NCBI RefSeq assembly: GCF_030684315.1 | Contig: NC_081369.1 | Coordinates: forward strand, 2,594,689 to 2,658,688 | Source of the DNA: Stegostoma tigrinum | Lineage: Eukaryota | Direction of reading: 5' to 3' | DNA: 64,000 bases | Part shown: positions 1 to 12,796 of the stretch, one piece after another | Layout of the letters: each line of letters starts with the position of its first letter | Numbering within the stretch: the stretch's first letter is position 1 | Translations under genes and position numbers: made by a program | The notes under the pieces: generated by a model | The model's input: only the letters and a program-made list of their open reading frames with translations | What the model was told of the DNA's origin: nothing | Database searches by the model: none

Positions 1-21
1 GTGTGTTTCCTTGGTTGACAG

Positions 22-333
22 CTGCTGCTGTGGGCAATTCAGCCAAAGTGAATCGGCACCTCACACGAAAAACGGTGCAGAGAGGTTCATCAGCTCGTCT
101 ACACTGCCCTTTCTCCGCCAAATTTGATTGTTCAAATGTTACCGCTTACTGGTGGAAAGAAGATAATCAAACCTTTCTGCAGGAGGACAGCAAAAAGTTC
201 TTCCGTGTAATTAGAGGAGAAGCCTCCCTTAAACTCCTGAATGTGACAGTCCGGGATGCAGGAACGCATCACTGTGCAGTCACACATCAGAATATAAATG
301 TTGGGAAAGCTGCTGCGCAACTTATTGTGTATG
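22..333 (+). CDS. Gene 1 V-set Ig domain exon
   Basis: ttgacag|ct...tatg|gtaagc, 312 nt, phase 1-1. Encodes ARLHC..YWWKE..ASLKLLNVTVRDAGTHHC..AAQLIVY. Confidence 0.92.
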
Positions 334-3300
334 GTAAGCGTCACCACGGATAAACATGGAGTCCTACCTGCTAAAAAAAACAACAGCAAACAAAGATATT
401 TATTAGATATAGATAAATACTTGAAAATATTTGCACTAATTTAAAATTTCTAAACAACAACCACCTAAATACCTTCGGAACTTTCTCTAGTGTTGTCATT
501 TTTGTGGTGGTTTCTGATTACCAAAGTATTCAAAAATATGGAGACCTTGATCACTTAGTATCACCTCAAGGTTTGAGATCTTCACTGCATTAAAAATAAA
601 TCTCTTGTGGGATGTGGGCATCAGTGGCTGGCCAGCATTTATTGCCTGTCCCTAGTGACCCTTGACAAGGTGGTGGTGAGCTGCCTTCTTGAACCGCTGC
701 AGTCTATGTGCTGGAAGTAGACTCATAATGTGATTAGAGGGAAATTACACAACTTAGACCCAGTGTCAGTGAAGGAGCAGTGATATATTACCAAGTCAGA
801 ATTGTCAGTAGCTTGGGATGGTTGTGTTCCCACATCCTTGCTACCCTTTCCTTTCAAGATAACAGCGAAAGTGAGTGTGAAAGGTGCTGTCTCAGGATCT
901 TTGGTGAATTTCTGCAGTGCATCTTCATGTTACACACTGCTGCTACTGAGTGTCTGTGGTGGAGTGACTGAAAGTGGTGCCAGTCAAGTGGGCAGCTATT
1001 TACTGGATGGTATCAAACTTCTTGAATACTTTCGGACTTGCAGGCGTGCAGGCAAATGGGGACCATTCCAATGCACTGTTGACTTGTGCCTTGTAGATGG
1101 TGGGCAGGCTTTGGGGAGTCAGCAGTTGCTTACATGCTGCAGCATTCCCAGCGTCTGACCTACAGTTCTTTTATATGGCTCGCCCAGTTCTGTTTCTACT
1201 CAATGGTAACCCCCAAAATGTAGATAGTGGGGAATTCACTGATGGTGATGCCACTGAATATTAAGAGGTGGATGGTTAGGTTGCTTCATAGCAGCGATGG
1301 TGTTTGCCTGGCATTTGTATGGCCTGCATATTCCTGGCAACTTTTCAGCTCAAACCCGGATGCTGTCCAGTTCTTATTGCACTTGGACATGGGTTGCTTC
1401 AGTTTAATGCATTTAAGTTTTGGAGGGAAAGTGATTGTAATACTTTAATTTTTTTTCTTTGTATTTGAATATGGAGTGACAGAATAAATATCCTTGAAAT
1501 TTTGAGTAGTATTCTGCATTTTGAAATGTTCCTTGCCTCATGAGAGAATCCAAAGTCTTAGCCCTATCACTTGGATGGATTTTGTAAAATTCTTTGGATC
1601 CAGGTCAAATTCCTCATCCCATTTGCAAAGGAAAGATGCAGTGTGACAATTCAATCATGTTTCTATAATGAAGTAGAAACAAATTTTGGAAACTCCTCTC
1701 TCCAAAAAGTAGATGGTATATTGAAAGGATTTGAGGGGTTTTTTGAATGTGGTAAACATAATATTGGTTTCATACACTGTTCATTGCAACAATTAATACA
1801 ACTGTCATGCTGAAATAAGTTGTTTTGTTCACTTAAAAAGTACTTTTTTTGCAGAAGATACAAAATTGATTTATGTAATTTGTGTTATGTACTATTCAGC
1901 CCCACCAGCTCCTCTGAAAATCGTCTCTAAGCCATCCAAAGACCTTTTATCTCCTTCTCTCCGGCTTCAGTGCAGGACATCAGACTTTTACCCAAAAGAC
2001 TTTAACCTTACTTGGTACAAAAATGGTACAAACATATTGACAGGATTTAGGAATGAACAGCAGGCAAAACCTGAGGATCTTTATGAAGTCATCAGCACTT
2101 TGGAGTTGCAAGAGGCAGTTAAGAGCGGGACAGTTTACACCTGTCAAGTATATCACATTTCAAGCTCACTTCCAGCAAATGCCAGCTATACTGTTATGAA
2201 TAAAGGTAACATTTCATCATATGTGGTATATTGAATGCTCACATGTCATTCAAAACAGGTTACGGTAACTGTGTAGAAATTGGTTTTGACAACTTGCAAG
2301 TGATTATATTAAAAGACAATTATTTGCTTGTGATTATGTCAAAGTTGAAATTAGGCCCCATTGTATGGGTTAAAGTGTTCTGTCTTCATATTGTTTGGAG
2401 CTGCTATGCAGTTATCACATATGACTTTCCCAAAACTAGACATCAGTCTTCAACAGAGGTCACACAATTATTTTATGCATACAGTGATAACTCGCAAAGG
2501 GCTGCATGGTCAATGTTAACTCTTCAGAAAGGGTGAACAGTATGGAACTTGGTCAGGCAACATTTGGAATACTAAACATAGTTCTGATCACTTTACTATC
2601 CATAGGATATTATTAACAAGAAAGCGTGCAAAAAAGATTTCCTAGGATGCTACATGGACAGGAATGTTTAAGGTTTAAGGAGAGGCTGGATAGGCTGGGA
2701 CATTTTTCCCCCTGGATCGTAGGGACTGCAGGTGACCTTGGAGAGGTCCATAATTTTATGAGAAGCAGAGATAAGTAGACAGCCAACAGCTTTTCCCCAT
2801 GGTAGGGGAGTCTAAAACTGGACAGCATAGGATTAAGATGAGAGGAATGACATGCAAAAGAGTCCAGAGGAGCAATTGATTTAACACAACAATGAGGGTG
2901 GTGAGTGTCTTGAATGAGCTGTCAGAGTTAATGATGGAGGCAAGGACAATTTTATCATTTGGGAAACATTTGGACAGGTACATGGATGGAATGTTAATGG
3001 AGGGATAGGGACTAAACCCAGGCATGTGGGACTAGCTTCATTGTGAAAACTGGGTGACATGGACAATTTGGGCTGAAGTTTTCGTGTTGGAATCTCCATG
3101 ACAGTATGATATAGCTCCATTCATCCAGTCGGTCCAGTTGACTTTCCTCATTCATGAGAATGACACATGCTCGATTCAATGCAAAGCATTGATTCAGAGC
3201 TGAGTTGTCCATAGCAGCAGAGAGGCTCAAATTATTTAAACTAAAGTTTACGTCCATGAGTAATTCAAGCAAATCTTAAATCAGATTCTATTGTATATTT

Positions 3301-6300
3301 TTTTCTGATATTGATCAGTGTGCAATCCAATTAAATTCCCACCAAATAATTTGAGATTTTGTGTCATAGCTTATCGAACTGAACACTGATTGTAAGTCGC
3401 TCTAATTCCACCATTTTTAAATTTGTCATGATTTGAGTTACTTTCATCATTTACTTATTTCTCTAAATTCGAGACATTTTGTTTACGACTGCAGATGGAT
3501 CACTTGAACAAACAGGCAGCAAAATTGAGATGCTGAGATGTTATGTATTATGTTTATCATATGTCTAAGGCAGTACAGTTGAGAGTGGTGCACCTGACAT
3601 TTTAGCCTGTGTATCTTCAGTTTACATTGCAGCTCCAAAATTTTAATGTCCATTAACATTACAGGTTTTGCCTCAAACATCAGTGTTACTATGGCCGCTG
3701 GTTGTGCTGCTGGTGCACTCGCATTTCTAATATCGGTCGTGATAATTGTCAAGGGTTTTCTGTTCTTTACATCCAAAGGTATGAGCAGGGATAAAATGTC
3801 TCATTAAAAGTAACATAATTGGGAACTGAACTTCTGAACTGTATAATTTAAACAACTAATTTACAAGAAAACTCCTTCAAATTTATACCTTGCTTCACAA
3901 TAAATTATCAAATATGATTTGCAGTTTTCATTTTGCAAGATTGCATTGGTGTCGATCAAAATTATGATGATGAAATTCATTGCGGAAAAAAAGTTCCCAT
4001 TGCTCTAACCCTCAAAACATAAATTCAAAGCGACTGTTTGTAACGTTTAGAGCTACACTGCAAAAATGGCCAAATACTAGTTGATTTGCTTTTGGTTTCT
4101 TTGGTTTGCTGAAGAGTACAAGTATTAACTGCTTTTTTGCCAATGTATGTCATTTTTATTTCTCAGGATGGGGAAAGAAAAAGTCAATAAATCCAATTCA
4201 ACATGAAGATGTGGTGAGGCAAATTTCCATCGTTCTGTATATTTTGACTTTGAAGTCTCATTCAACAATTCAAACTGGGAACTAAAGTACATATTCCCAA
4301 CATGTCAAGATAAGTCTTGAAGGTTTCATCAACTCTCAGAAGCACAATTTTACATGAATAAAACCAAGTTAAAGTAAATAGAAACTTTAGGAAGTTTCAC
4401 AAACTGTTGCAACTATTTTAAATTGTCAAACATGTGTATAAATACGTAAGCTATATCAGTTAACATCCGCTGCCACTTTCAACTGTCAGTCGTACGTTTG
4501 AAGCTGACAAAAAGTTTTAATTTTCCTTTTCTTTCATTTCTAACAAGTGACAGTGTCCTGATTAATTTTGCCACATTGATTACAGACATTCTGATCAATA
4601 TTGATACATTGGGCTGATGACTATTTTGACCGGTAGGCTTTTAGTTGCAAAAAGAGGTGGATTTCTCTCCTTGCTTTCTATGTTGTTCAAACTTAACTCA
4701 TCCATTAGCCTGAGTTCAGTGATTATGAGTGACTTCATCTGAGCACCTGCGTTAAAGAACTGAATATATTCTGCAGACAGCTTGCATAGGTTGGAAGAAA
4801 AACAGCAGGCCAGTAGCATCAGAGGAGCAGGGAAGTTGATGTTTCAGGTCAACACTCCGCACCGTGTTGTATCTGACTCCAGCAACTGCACTTCTTGCTG
4901 TCTCTGAGCTTGCTCAAGTGGCTTCCTTTGACAACTTTTACTGTAGGCTGTCCCTCTGCGAGTGCAACATGCCACAGCGCCACGCTACTGTGAAACTGAA
5001 ATAGATGAGAGATTGTGAGGAAAACTTTTCTCATTTTTAATTTTTAAGAAGTAGATATCGGGGATGCTCCCTATCTGTGGCACCTGAAAAGGAGCAGGTG
5101 GGACTAATTCAGGACTCACTGAGAATAATTTGTTGACACTTGTAAAAAAGTGAATCTTTGTTGCTGACCTCAGAGTGTGCAATTGAGTTACACATGTGGT
5201 TCTTGACTGCGATTGAATGCAATGCATACCAGCAGTTTTAATACCTTTAAATGCATTTTTAAAGCAGTTCAAGTCTTTAAATCAATTAAACAGCGTTTTT
5301 GTTTCAGTTTCAGTCAGGATCTGAATTTGCTTTCTAAAAACGTTTTCCCCGAGTTCCCTCCCTGACAACAATGTAACGAAATGACCGGGACTGCATTCAG
5401 TCATGAAAACTGGTTCACTACTAGGACCTTAATAGTAAGCAGTTATTGAAACCAAATACTGGCCCTGTCACCGAGGCTCTCAAGCCATTTAAAATAGTTT
5501 GCGGTGCAGAAAAATACTCACTTCTGTACTGGAGGGGCGACAAAAGATAAATTTGTTTCTTGGAGGTCTTGGGGAAACCGGGAAAAAATCTTTACTCCAT
5601 GCTTATATGCCTTTCTGTGAAATAGTGTAGCTGCACTGCTGTAGGTCAAGGAATAAAGTCCTCTGATGTCCCGGTGTGACGCTTAGCCTGTCTTTTGTTA
5701 TTTCATGAACTGTGGATTACATCAAAAGAGAAGACAAAATCTTCTATGATTGAAAAATACCTCACAGAAGACCAAAGATTGCCTTTTACAGCAATGAAAT
5801 ATTGTGGTTTACTTTTCGGACAAAAGCGCACTGTACTTGTTACACTTTTTCATTGTCACTAACCTGAACTTGTTCCTCCCTAAATAGTTGACACGTTTTC
5901 AAACGTAAAACGTCAATAGTTTGCTTTTTAAAATACTGTCGGGCATCAAGTTATCCTGCAAATTATTTGAAAATGCATTGCACGTTGGCCTTCATTTCTG
6001 ACTTCAATGGTATTATTTATTACCATGTTGATGGCCTGTCGAAATAATTACCCTCTTTTATTCATAAGGGAATAGGGTGATTCCAAAATTAATTTTCCAG
6101 TAGCAGAGATAAGTCCAGTTGTTCCTTATCTCTAAATGACTTACGAATGTACCTAATTTAACGTGAGAGAATATTCAGTCAAAACCCACATCATGCAGGT
6201 TTGTATAAATGAAAGGCGATATTAATTTATTTCAAGCAATTGCCACTTATAATTTTACTTTGAAACAGCGTGACCTGTGACTTTTTATCGTTATTAAACA

Positions 6301-7046
6301 AACACGGACATGTTTGTTTTTGCTTCATTAAATAAATTGTACTGCATTCCCAAATCGTAGCAGAATGTAATAAATTAGAATGTCATCTAACAGAATTTGA
6401 ACACCTAATTCAATTGAACTCATGCGTACAACCTTTTCTTCTGCATAATTGCAGCATTTGCCTGATTACTTTAAATTACAACTACAATAATATCAATAAT
6501 ATTGAAATAATGTTTGCTTGTTTTGATTAAGTGTGATTGTTCCTGGCAAGAAACAGTTCAAAGTGAGAAACTGTAAAGTGTTATGACTGTGGTGAAGTGC
6601 TGGTACAGTCAGTACATCAAACTAATTGTCCATATTAGGAACATACATTTGTCGCTTAACTCTAAAACAAAATAACCTAACAAATGCTAAATCTTGACTT
6701 TCTAGAGAAAACAAGAAATGCTTGAGGATAAGCTGACATACGCTGCTCTTAATCTTGTTGGCTCTGAGGATGGCATAATGCCTAAAAAACAGAAAGAAAT
6801 CACAGGATACGCAGAGGTACATTGCAGATCATATGTACAAAGTATCAGTTCGTTCATCATAATGAGTTGATTTGGAGATGATGCTGACAATTGCTTTGTG
6901 TAATTTTCATCTAGAATGGTTTAAATGAATGATAATTCAGTCTCAATGTTGTTTTTCAGACAAAACAGAGTATGACGGATAGCGGGCTGACTTACCTTGC
7001 TCTGAAATTCAATGATTCCAGTCTATCATCGAAATCCAAGCACTAA
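22..7046 (+). CDS. Gene 1: SIRP-alpha-like V-C1-TM-ITIM Ig-superfamily receptor, multi-exon, 5' partial (exons 22-333, 1900-2205, 3665-3778, 4167-4213, 6706-6834, 6960-7046)
   Basis: Six AG/GT-bounded exons with compatible phases (1,1,1,1,0,0). Each has a homologue of equal or near-equal length in the minus-strand gene 2. The leader exon lies upstream of the window. Confidence 0.85.
607..1410 (-). mobile_element. LINE (CR1/L2-clade) 3' fragment
   Basis: Reverse complement resembles 63030-63925 and 12125-12410; decayed. Confidence 0.55.
1900..2205 (+). CDS. Gene 1 C1-set Ig domain exon
   Basis: ttcag|cc...aaag|gtaac, 306 nt, phase 1-1. C1 signature LQCRTSDFYPKDFNLTWYKNG...YTCQVYH. Confidence 0.93.
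2580..3110 (+). mobile_element. CR1-type LINE 3' end
   Basis: Similar to 23915-24345 and, in reverse, to 54260-54810 and 61020-61550. Typical CR1 ORF2 C-terminus and 3' UTR. Confidence 0.7.
3665..3778 (+). CDS. Gene 1 transmembrane exon
   Basis: ttacag|gt...aaag|gtatga, 114 nt. Encodes GFASNISVTMAAGCAAGALAFLISVVIIVKGFLFFTSK; paralogous to 23218-23331. Confidence 0.9.
4167..4213 (+). CDS. Gene 1 short juxtamembrane cytoplasmic exon
   Basis: tctcag|ga...gtg|gtgagg, 47 nt, phase 1-0. GWGKKKSINPIQHEDV matches the NPIQH of 22743-22786. Confidence 0.85.
6706..6834 (+). CDS. Gene 1 ITIM/ITSM exon (LTYAAL, TGYAEV); may read through to the stop at 6870
   Basis: tttctag|aga, 129 nt. Encodes RKQEMLEDKLTYAALNLVGSEDGIMPKKQKEITGYAEVHCRSY and aligns gap-free with 19224-19352. 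The donor GTACAA is weak. Confidence 0.87.
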
Positions 7047-7089
7047 GAAAAAAAGTCCTGTGTATGCAGAAGTGAAAAGCAGCCGCTAA
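6960..7089 (+). CDS. Gene 1 terminal ITIM exon (LTYLAL), truncated by a 1-nt insertion (TAA at 7044-7046); the fourth motif PVYAEV is out of frame
   Basis: ttttcag|aca. 130 nt to the ancestral stop, versus 129 nt in the intact paralogue 18974-19102. Confidence 0.75.
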
Positions 7090-7914
7090 ATGGGGCAAAT
7101 GAAAATATGCTTAAAAGATAGAAGCAGAGATTGCATCACAGAGATGTTTATGTTTCTTATCAATAATAAGCTGTTGATTTCCTCATGTAGATCTGTCATA
7201 ATTTTGCAAAACTGTAGTTTAATTTCTTCCCTTCATGTAATGTCACCTGGATCCACTTCATTTCAGCTTGAAAATTCATACAACTAACAATCATAATTCA
7301 GTAATTTCCAAATGGTATGGTTCTCCATACTCTTTTTAAATCTACAAAATGTTTGACCTATTCATCATTAAAATTATTGTTAAGTATTTTTCTGTTGTGG
7401 TTGTGTTTCATCAGATATTTATATTTCTACTTGTGTTGGTAACACGATATTTTCATTCCTGTTCTGCAGTCACTGCATTTTGACCTCAAAATGATGGGCT
7501 CTACTGTGACAAATGTTTACAAGGTTTCTGTTAGTTAGTTGCCTTTAACTTGTTTACGTTTCACTGTCTTTTCTGGCATGAAATGATAGTTCATTCTCCT
7601 TCCATTGTGGCAGTAGTTTTAATGCTGCTTGTCCTCTAGCTGTTATTATGACAATGGTCATGTTGATTTTTCAATATCCAGAAAGCTGAAGAGATCCAAT
7701 TGCTAAGCTGCCTAATGTTTTGATAGTTCATTTTGCTCAGTTAATTTGCTTAAATTAATAATTGGCAGTTTCTTCTGAAAATTTTAATTCAATGTAGAGC
7801 GGTACTGTGCCCACACAGAGCAGACCATCCTTGATCCCCCATTGTTTAGCATTGCACTCTCGTTGCTATATATTATGGTAGGACGTGATGGAATGACTCA
7901 TGAATGAAATCTTA

Positions 7915-8216
7915 GAATCCCTACAGTGTGGAAACACGGTTTTCGGCTCAGCAAGACCACACTGACCCTCGGAGCATCATACCCAGACCCATCCAAAGAT
8001 CCCTGAAACGTATGGACAATGTAGTATGGCCAATCCACAGAGCATGCACATCCTTAGACTGTGGAAGGAAATCGGAGCACCCAGAGGAAAATCACGCAGA
8101 CAAAGGGAGAATGCGCAAACACCGCACAGACAGACAGTCACCCGAGGGTGGAATTGAAGCCAGGCCCCTAGTGCTCTGAGTCGGCAGTGCTGCCCCACTG
8201 AGCCACTGAGCCACGC
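7915..8216 (-). mobile_element. tRNA-derived SINE (shark HE1-like)
   Basis: tRNA-like head (gtggctcagtgg...ttcaattcc) on the minus strand; the body matches the other copies in the window. Confidence 0.75.
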
Positions 8217-8679
8217 CAAACTGATACAGGTCTTCGTCTCTGGGTGGTTAATCTGGTTAACAGCCAAACACTATAATCTATTGTGCCACAGAGACAGACG
8301 AATGGTTCTGAATGATGAAAATGTAAAGTTTTTTATGATTGAAGCGACAATGAAATTAGAGAAAGAAATCAATTTACATTTGAACAACTCGTGTTGGTAC
8401 ATGCCTAAGCAATTATTTGAATCTCTTTGTTTCTGTTTTCTCAAAAGTAGCGCACAACGGACATAGCTTCCAAATACAGCACAATGCTTCACCGATTATA
8501 TTTTGAAAACACATCCAGACTCAATTGATTCACAAACTATGACGAACTGGTATGACAAAATTATTTCATTGTGAACTTGCAACTGACATGAATGCATTTT
8601 GTGACCAACAAGTGCACAATCATTAAAATGAATGATTAATCTGAAGACTTTTGAAAGACTGCTCGGAAAGTTGTGAATT

Positions 8680-10480
8680 GGCAAGGGAGAGGCAACACAG
8701 ATGCTGACAAATTCTGTTTGTCTTGTGGGAAAAGATTGGAGAGCAGCAAAGAAGGACAGGTTGATTGATTGAAACATATAAAATAAAATCAAAGTGAGTT
8801 GCAGTGACTGGCGCTCACCCATAGTAATGGTGCCAAAACCAGATAGTGCCCATTGACGAAGTGTAGGCTATTGTAAAGTCAATGCAGTAATAAAGTTGGA
8901 TTCATATCCAGTTCCAAGTTTGAAAGACTGGATTGAGAAGGGGGACAAGCAACTTAGATTTCTAAGTTGGACTTACTCAGAGAATACTGGCAGGTACCTT
9001 TATCAGAAAGAGTGAAGACAATTTCAGCTTTCATCACACCGAATGGGCTATACCAATTTAAATTCATGACATTTGGTATTAAAAATGCACCAGCTACATA
9101 TCGAAGACCAACCAGTAAAGTCATTTCTGGATTATGCAGTTGTGTAGTATACATCAACGACCTGGTGATATTTAGTCACATGTGGAAGGGGCATTTGCAG
9201 CATTTATCAGAATTATTCGATCAACTTTGGGAGGCTGGCTTGGTGATAAATCAGGCTATTTGCCAATGCCCAAGTCACATTCCTGGTACATGTTATCGGA
9301 CATGGACAGATGGCCCCACAGAATGTGAAAACAAAGGTTATTGAGGAGATTCCCATTACATTATCGAAAAGAAGCAGCACTACAATTCCGGGGATTGAAT
9401 GGGTTTTAATAGAAATTCGAACTTTAGTAGGCTGGTTGCCCCACTGACTGACTTATTGGGAAGTGCAGAAAATTTCAGGGATAGCAGACTGTCACAAGGC
9501 ATTGATCGCCTGAAAGCTGTGTTAACCACTGCCCCAGCTTTAGCCACTATTCAAGGTGGCTGTCGATGTGAGTGCTGTCGGTGTCAGTGCTGTACTCCCG
9601 CAAAAAGATAATGGTAAGATAGAAGAACCTATCAGGTATTTCTCCAGGAAACTGAGGATTCATCAACAGATATATTCCATGATTGAGAAGGAGGCCCTGA
9701 GCATGGTGTTTGCATTACGGTATTTCAACATTCCTATTTTCAGTAATGTGCCTGAGACGATTGTCTGCACTGATATAACACATTAAAGTTTTGGAGAAAT
9801 TTAAGGACAAGAATTCCAGACTGTTTAAATGGAGCTTATTATTTCAGCCATTCAATTTGAAAATTGCACACATGGCTGGAGGAGAAATCGTAATTGCTGA
9901 CACATTGTCACGCCTTGGCTGAAGAAAGGCAGAGGCATTTGGTAGCAGGAGTAAGCAGACTGAAACAAAATGTGGTAGTGAATGTTTGCTTGCTTGGATT
10001 CATTGTAATATACGTATATTGTAGTGTACTAATAGAGTAAAATGAAGGAATTTCAATTGAAACTATCGTTGTGCATTGATTGTTCTTTTTTTTTAGTGTG
10101 GAGGTGTGACAATGCTGTCACTTTTAAAAAAGTTATTTTGTCCTTTTCTTTGGAAAAGAGTTTGTAAAAAACGAAGTGAAAAAGCGTCTTGGGAGTAGCA
10201 GTTCAGCAATGAGAGGACTCAATTCTCCCAGTTCAGGCTTTTTTCCAGTTTTTTTTTTGGCCATAACATAGATTTTCTGAGCACCAGACGTGTTGCAGGC
10301 TTCAGTCAAGGATTCTTCTGACTTTCTCTGAAATCTCTCTCTGGATGTTGTTCTGGCCTGTCAATAAGAATCTGAGTTTGAATATACCTTTTTTTTTGCC
10401 GGGGGTGTGTTTGTGGGGCATGACTCTGTTGGAACAGTTAATTGGTTAAGTTGCTATTTCAGGTCAGTTAGGTTTTTACA
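8680..10480 (+). mobile_element. Decayed Ty3/Gypsy LTR retrotransposon (RT-RNase H, then PPT and 3' LTR), Gmr1-like layout
   Basis: RT DLLREYWQVPL..FGIKNAPAT..YINDL; RNase H AVDVSAVGV..YFSRKL..IEKEAL..ADTLSRLG* (stop at 9922); LTR-like TG start near 10105. Confidence 0.85.
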
Positions 10481-10984
10481 CCTGAGTCCCTGGTGCTGTG
10501 AGGAGCAGTGCTAATCTCTGAGCCACCGTACCTTCTCCTCCTCTCTCTTACAGACTGTACTCCTATGGAGATCAAGTTCTTGTTTAATAATTCAGCTTCC
10601 TTTCCCTTTAGCTTCAGTTGGAAATGTTGGTAAATAATTTGAAATTCTCTATCATTTCACGCACTTCCATCTGCAATATATTGATGATCGTTCTCAGTTC
10701 AGCATTAGCCAAGTTTTCAGTTGTCTCCTGTTATATATATTCCATTTCCACAAAACTCTTAGCAGCATTCAAAATAATCTTCAAATTCACAAAATTGCTT
10801 TCCTTTGGTGAGATTTACTGATCAGAACAACCACTTATCAGTTACTTAAAAAGGACACTGTTTGCTTTAAAATCCAAGGAATTTAATCCCATGATTGCCA
10901 TCACTTATTATGATTCCAGTGATGTTATTCGTGAACCAATCTGATCATAGACTGAAACTGGCTTGATTGATCACATCAATGATA

Positions 10985-11170
10985 GGAGAGATGATAGCCT
11001 TGTGGTGCTATCTGGACTAGTAATCTAAAGATCGAGATAATATTCTGGGCACCTCAGTTTGAACCCTGCCATGGTAGATGATAAAATTTGAATTCAATAC
11101 AAATCTGGTGTTAAGACTCCACTGGTTTGTATAAAACAATTGCCAATTTCCAGGAAATTTCAGTCTGATG
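10985..11170 (+). mobile_element. Old SINE fragment (SacSINE1/DeuSINE-like)
   Basis: Related to 17975-18350. The family name is from recall, not from a search. Confidence 0.4.
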
Positions 11171-12110
11171 CTTTTTGGGGCAGGAAGCTGCCATGGCCAT
11201 TTCCGGAACCTCCAGCAAGATGCCAATAACTGACACATATTCGCCTCACCTCCCTTGCCCACCTTTCACAGGGACCATTCCCTCCGCGACAACCTGGTCC
11301 ATACTTTCTTCATCCCCAACACCTCCCCACAGGCCTACGGCACCATCCCCTATAACAGGTGAGGATGCAGCACTTGTAAATTTACCTCCTCCCTCCCCAC
11401 TATCCAAGGGCCCAAACATACCTTCCAGGTAAAGCAACACTTCACCTGCACTTTCAAGAATCTAGTCTACTGCATTCGCTGCTCACAATGTGGTCTCCTC
11501 TACACTGATGAAATGAAGCATGGACTTGGTGATCGCTTCGCAAAACACCTCCATTTTGCTCACTAGAAAGATCCTGAATGACCTATTGCCTGCCACTTCA
11601 ATGCACCACCTTGCTCGCTGGTCAACATCTCTGTCTCCGGCTTGCTGCAGTGTTCCAGTGAAGCCCACACAAGCTGGAGGAACAATACTTCATTTTCCAC
11701 TTGGATACTCTACAGGCCTCTGGACTCAATGTTGAGTTCAATAATTTTAGGGCCTAAACTCTCCCATGTCCTAGCCCCCAATGCCACACATCAGGCCTTG
11801 TTACCACATAGCCTGCCACTGCAGACCCGCTATTGTTAGTCACTAACAGTCCCCATTAACAACTATTCACCCTCCCAACCTAATAGTTCGCAACTCCTTT
11901 GTATGTCCTACTGTCTATCTCTCTCTTTGGGCTTTATTCCATCATTCACTCCCTATCCCACCCACCTTGCTATTTTTTCCATATAAACTGACATTTTACC
12001 AGCCACCATCAGTTCCGAGGAAGGATCACTGGACCCGAAACATTAACTCTGTTTTCTCCTTCGCAGATGCCCCAGACCTGCTGAACTTTTTCCAGAAATT
12101 TTATTTTTGC
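11165..12110 (+). mobile_element. Penelope-like element 3' part (family B), decayed
   Basis: GIY-YIG-type remnant (NLVYCIRC..CGLLY) and a terminal hammerhead-like motif at 12011-12050. Homologous to 26150-27290. Confidence 0.8.
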
Positions 12111-12547
12111 TCCTTAGACATCACCTTTGAATCACACAACCACTATTGTCTCCAAGGTCAATGTGAGCAGGTGAGTGGGAACACCACGAGCTGAAAGGCC
12201 CACTTCAATCCACTCACTATCCTGATTTGGAAATATATTGCCATTCCTTCACTGTCGCTGGGTCAAAAATCTCCAAATACCCTCCATAACGGCATTATGC
12301 GTCAGCCTACAACTCATGGGCTATAGTGGTTCAAGAACACTGCTCAATATCTCAAGGGCAACTAGGGATGGACAATAAATGTTGTTCCAACCAGCAACAA
12401 GAACATCTCATGACTGTTTTCACAGAAATTAGATTGTGCTTTATTTTTTGAGGTATTCTATCACTGAAGTAAATGCACATAATGATGCCAATATATCATA
12501 TCAAAAATTATTTAAAATAATTTATTACACACAACATTGCACATAAG

Positions 12548-12796
12548 GGTGCCATGCTGGCTCAGCGGTTAGCATTGCTGCCTTACAGCATCATAGGCCT
12601 GGGGTCGATTCCACTCTTGGGCAACTGTCTGTGCAGAGTTTGCGCATTTTCCCAGTGTCTGCATGAGTTTCCTCCAGATCGTCCAGTTTATTCCCACAGT
12701 TGAAAGACAAGCAGGTTACTTGGATTGGCCATGATAAATTGTCCTTAGTGCCCAGGGATGTGCAGGCTAGTGGGTAAGCTGCAGTAAATGCAGGGG
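12548..12796 (+). mobile_element. tRNA-derived SINE (HE1-like), interrupted by a PLE
   Basis: Head tggctcagcggttagcattgctgcc...ggggtcgattcc. Confidence 0.75.

Noticed and set aside
12548-12620. tRNA genes at SINE heads
   Set aside because: Degenerate A/B boxes run directly into SINE bodies, with no cloverleaf.
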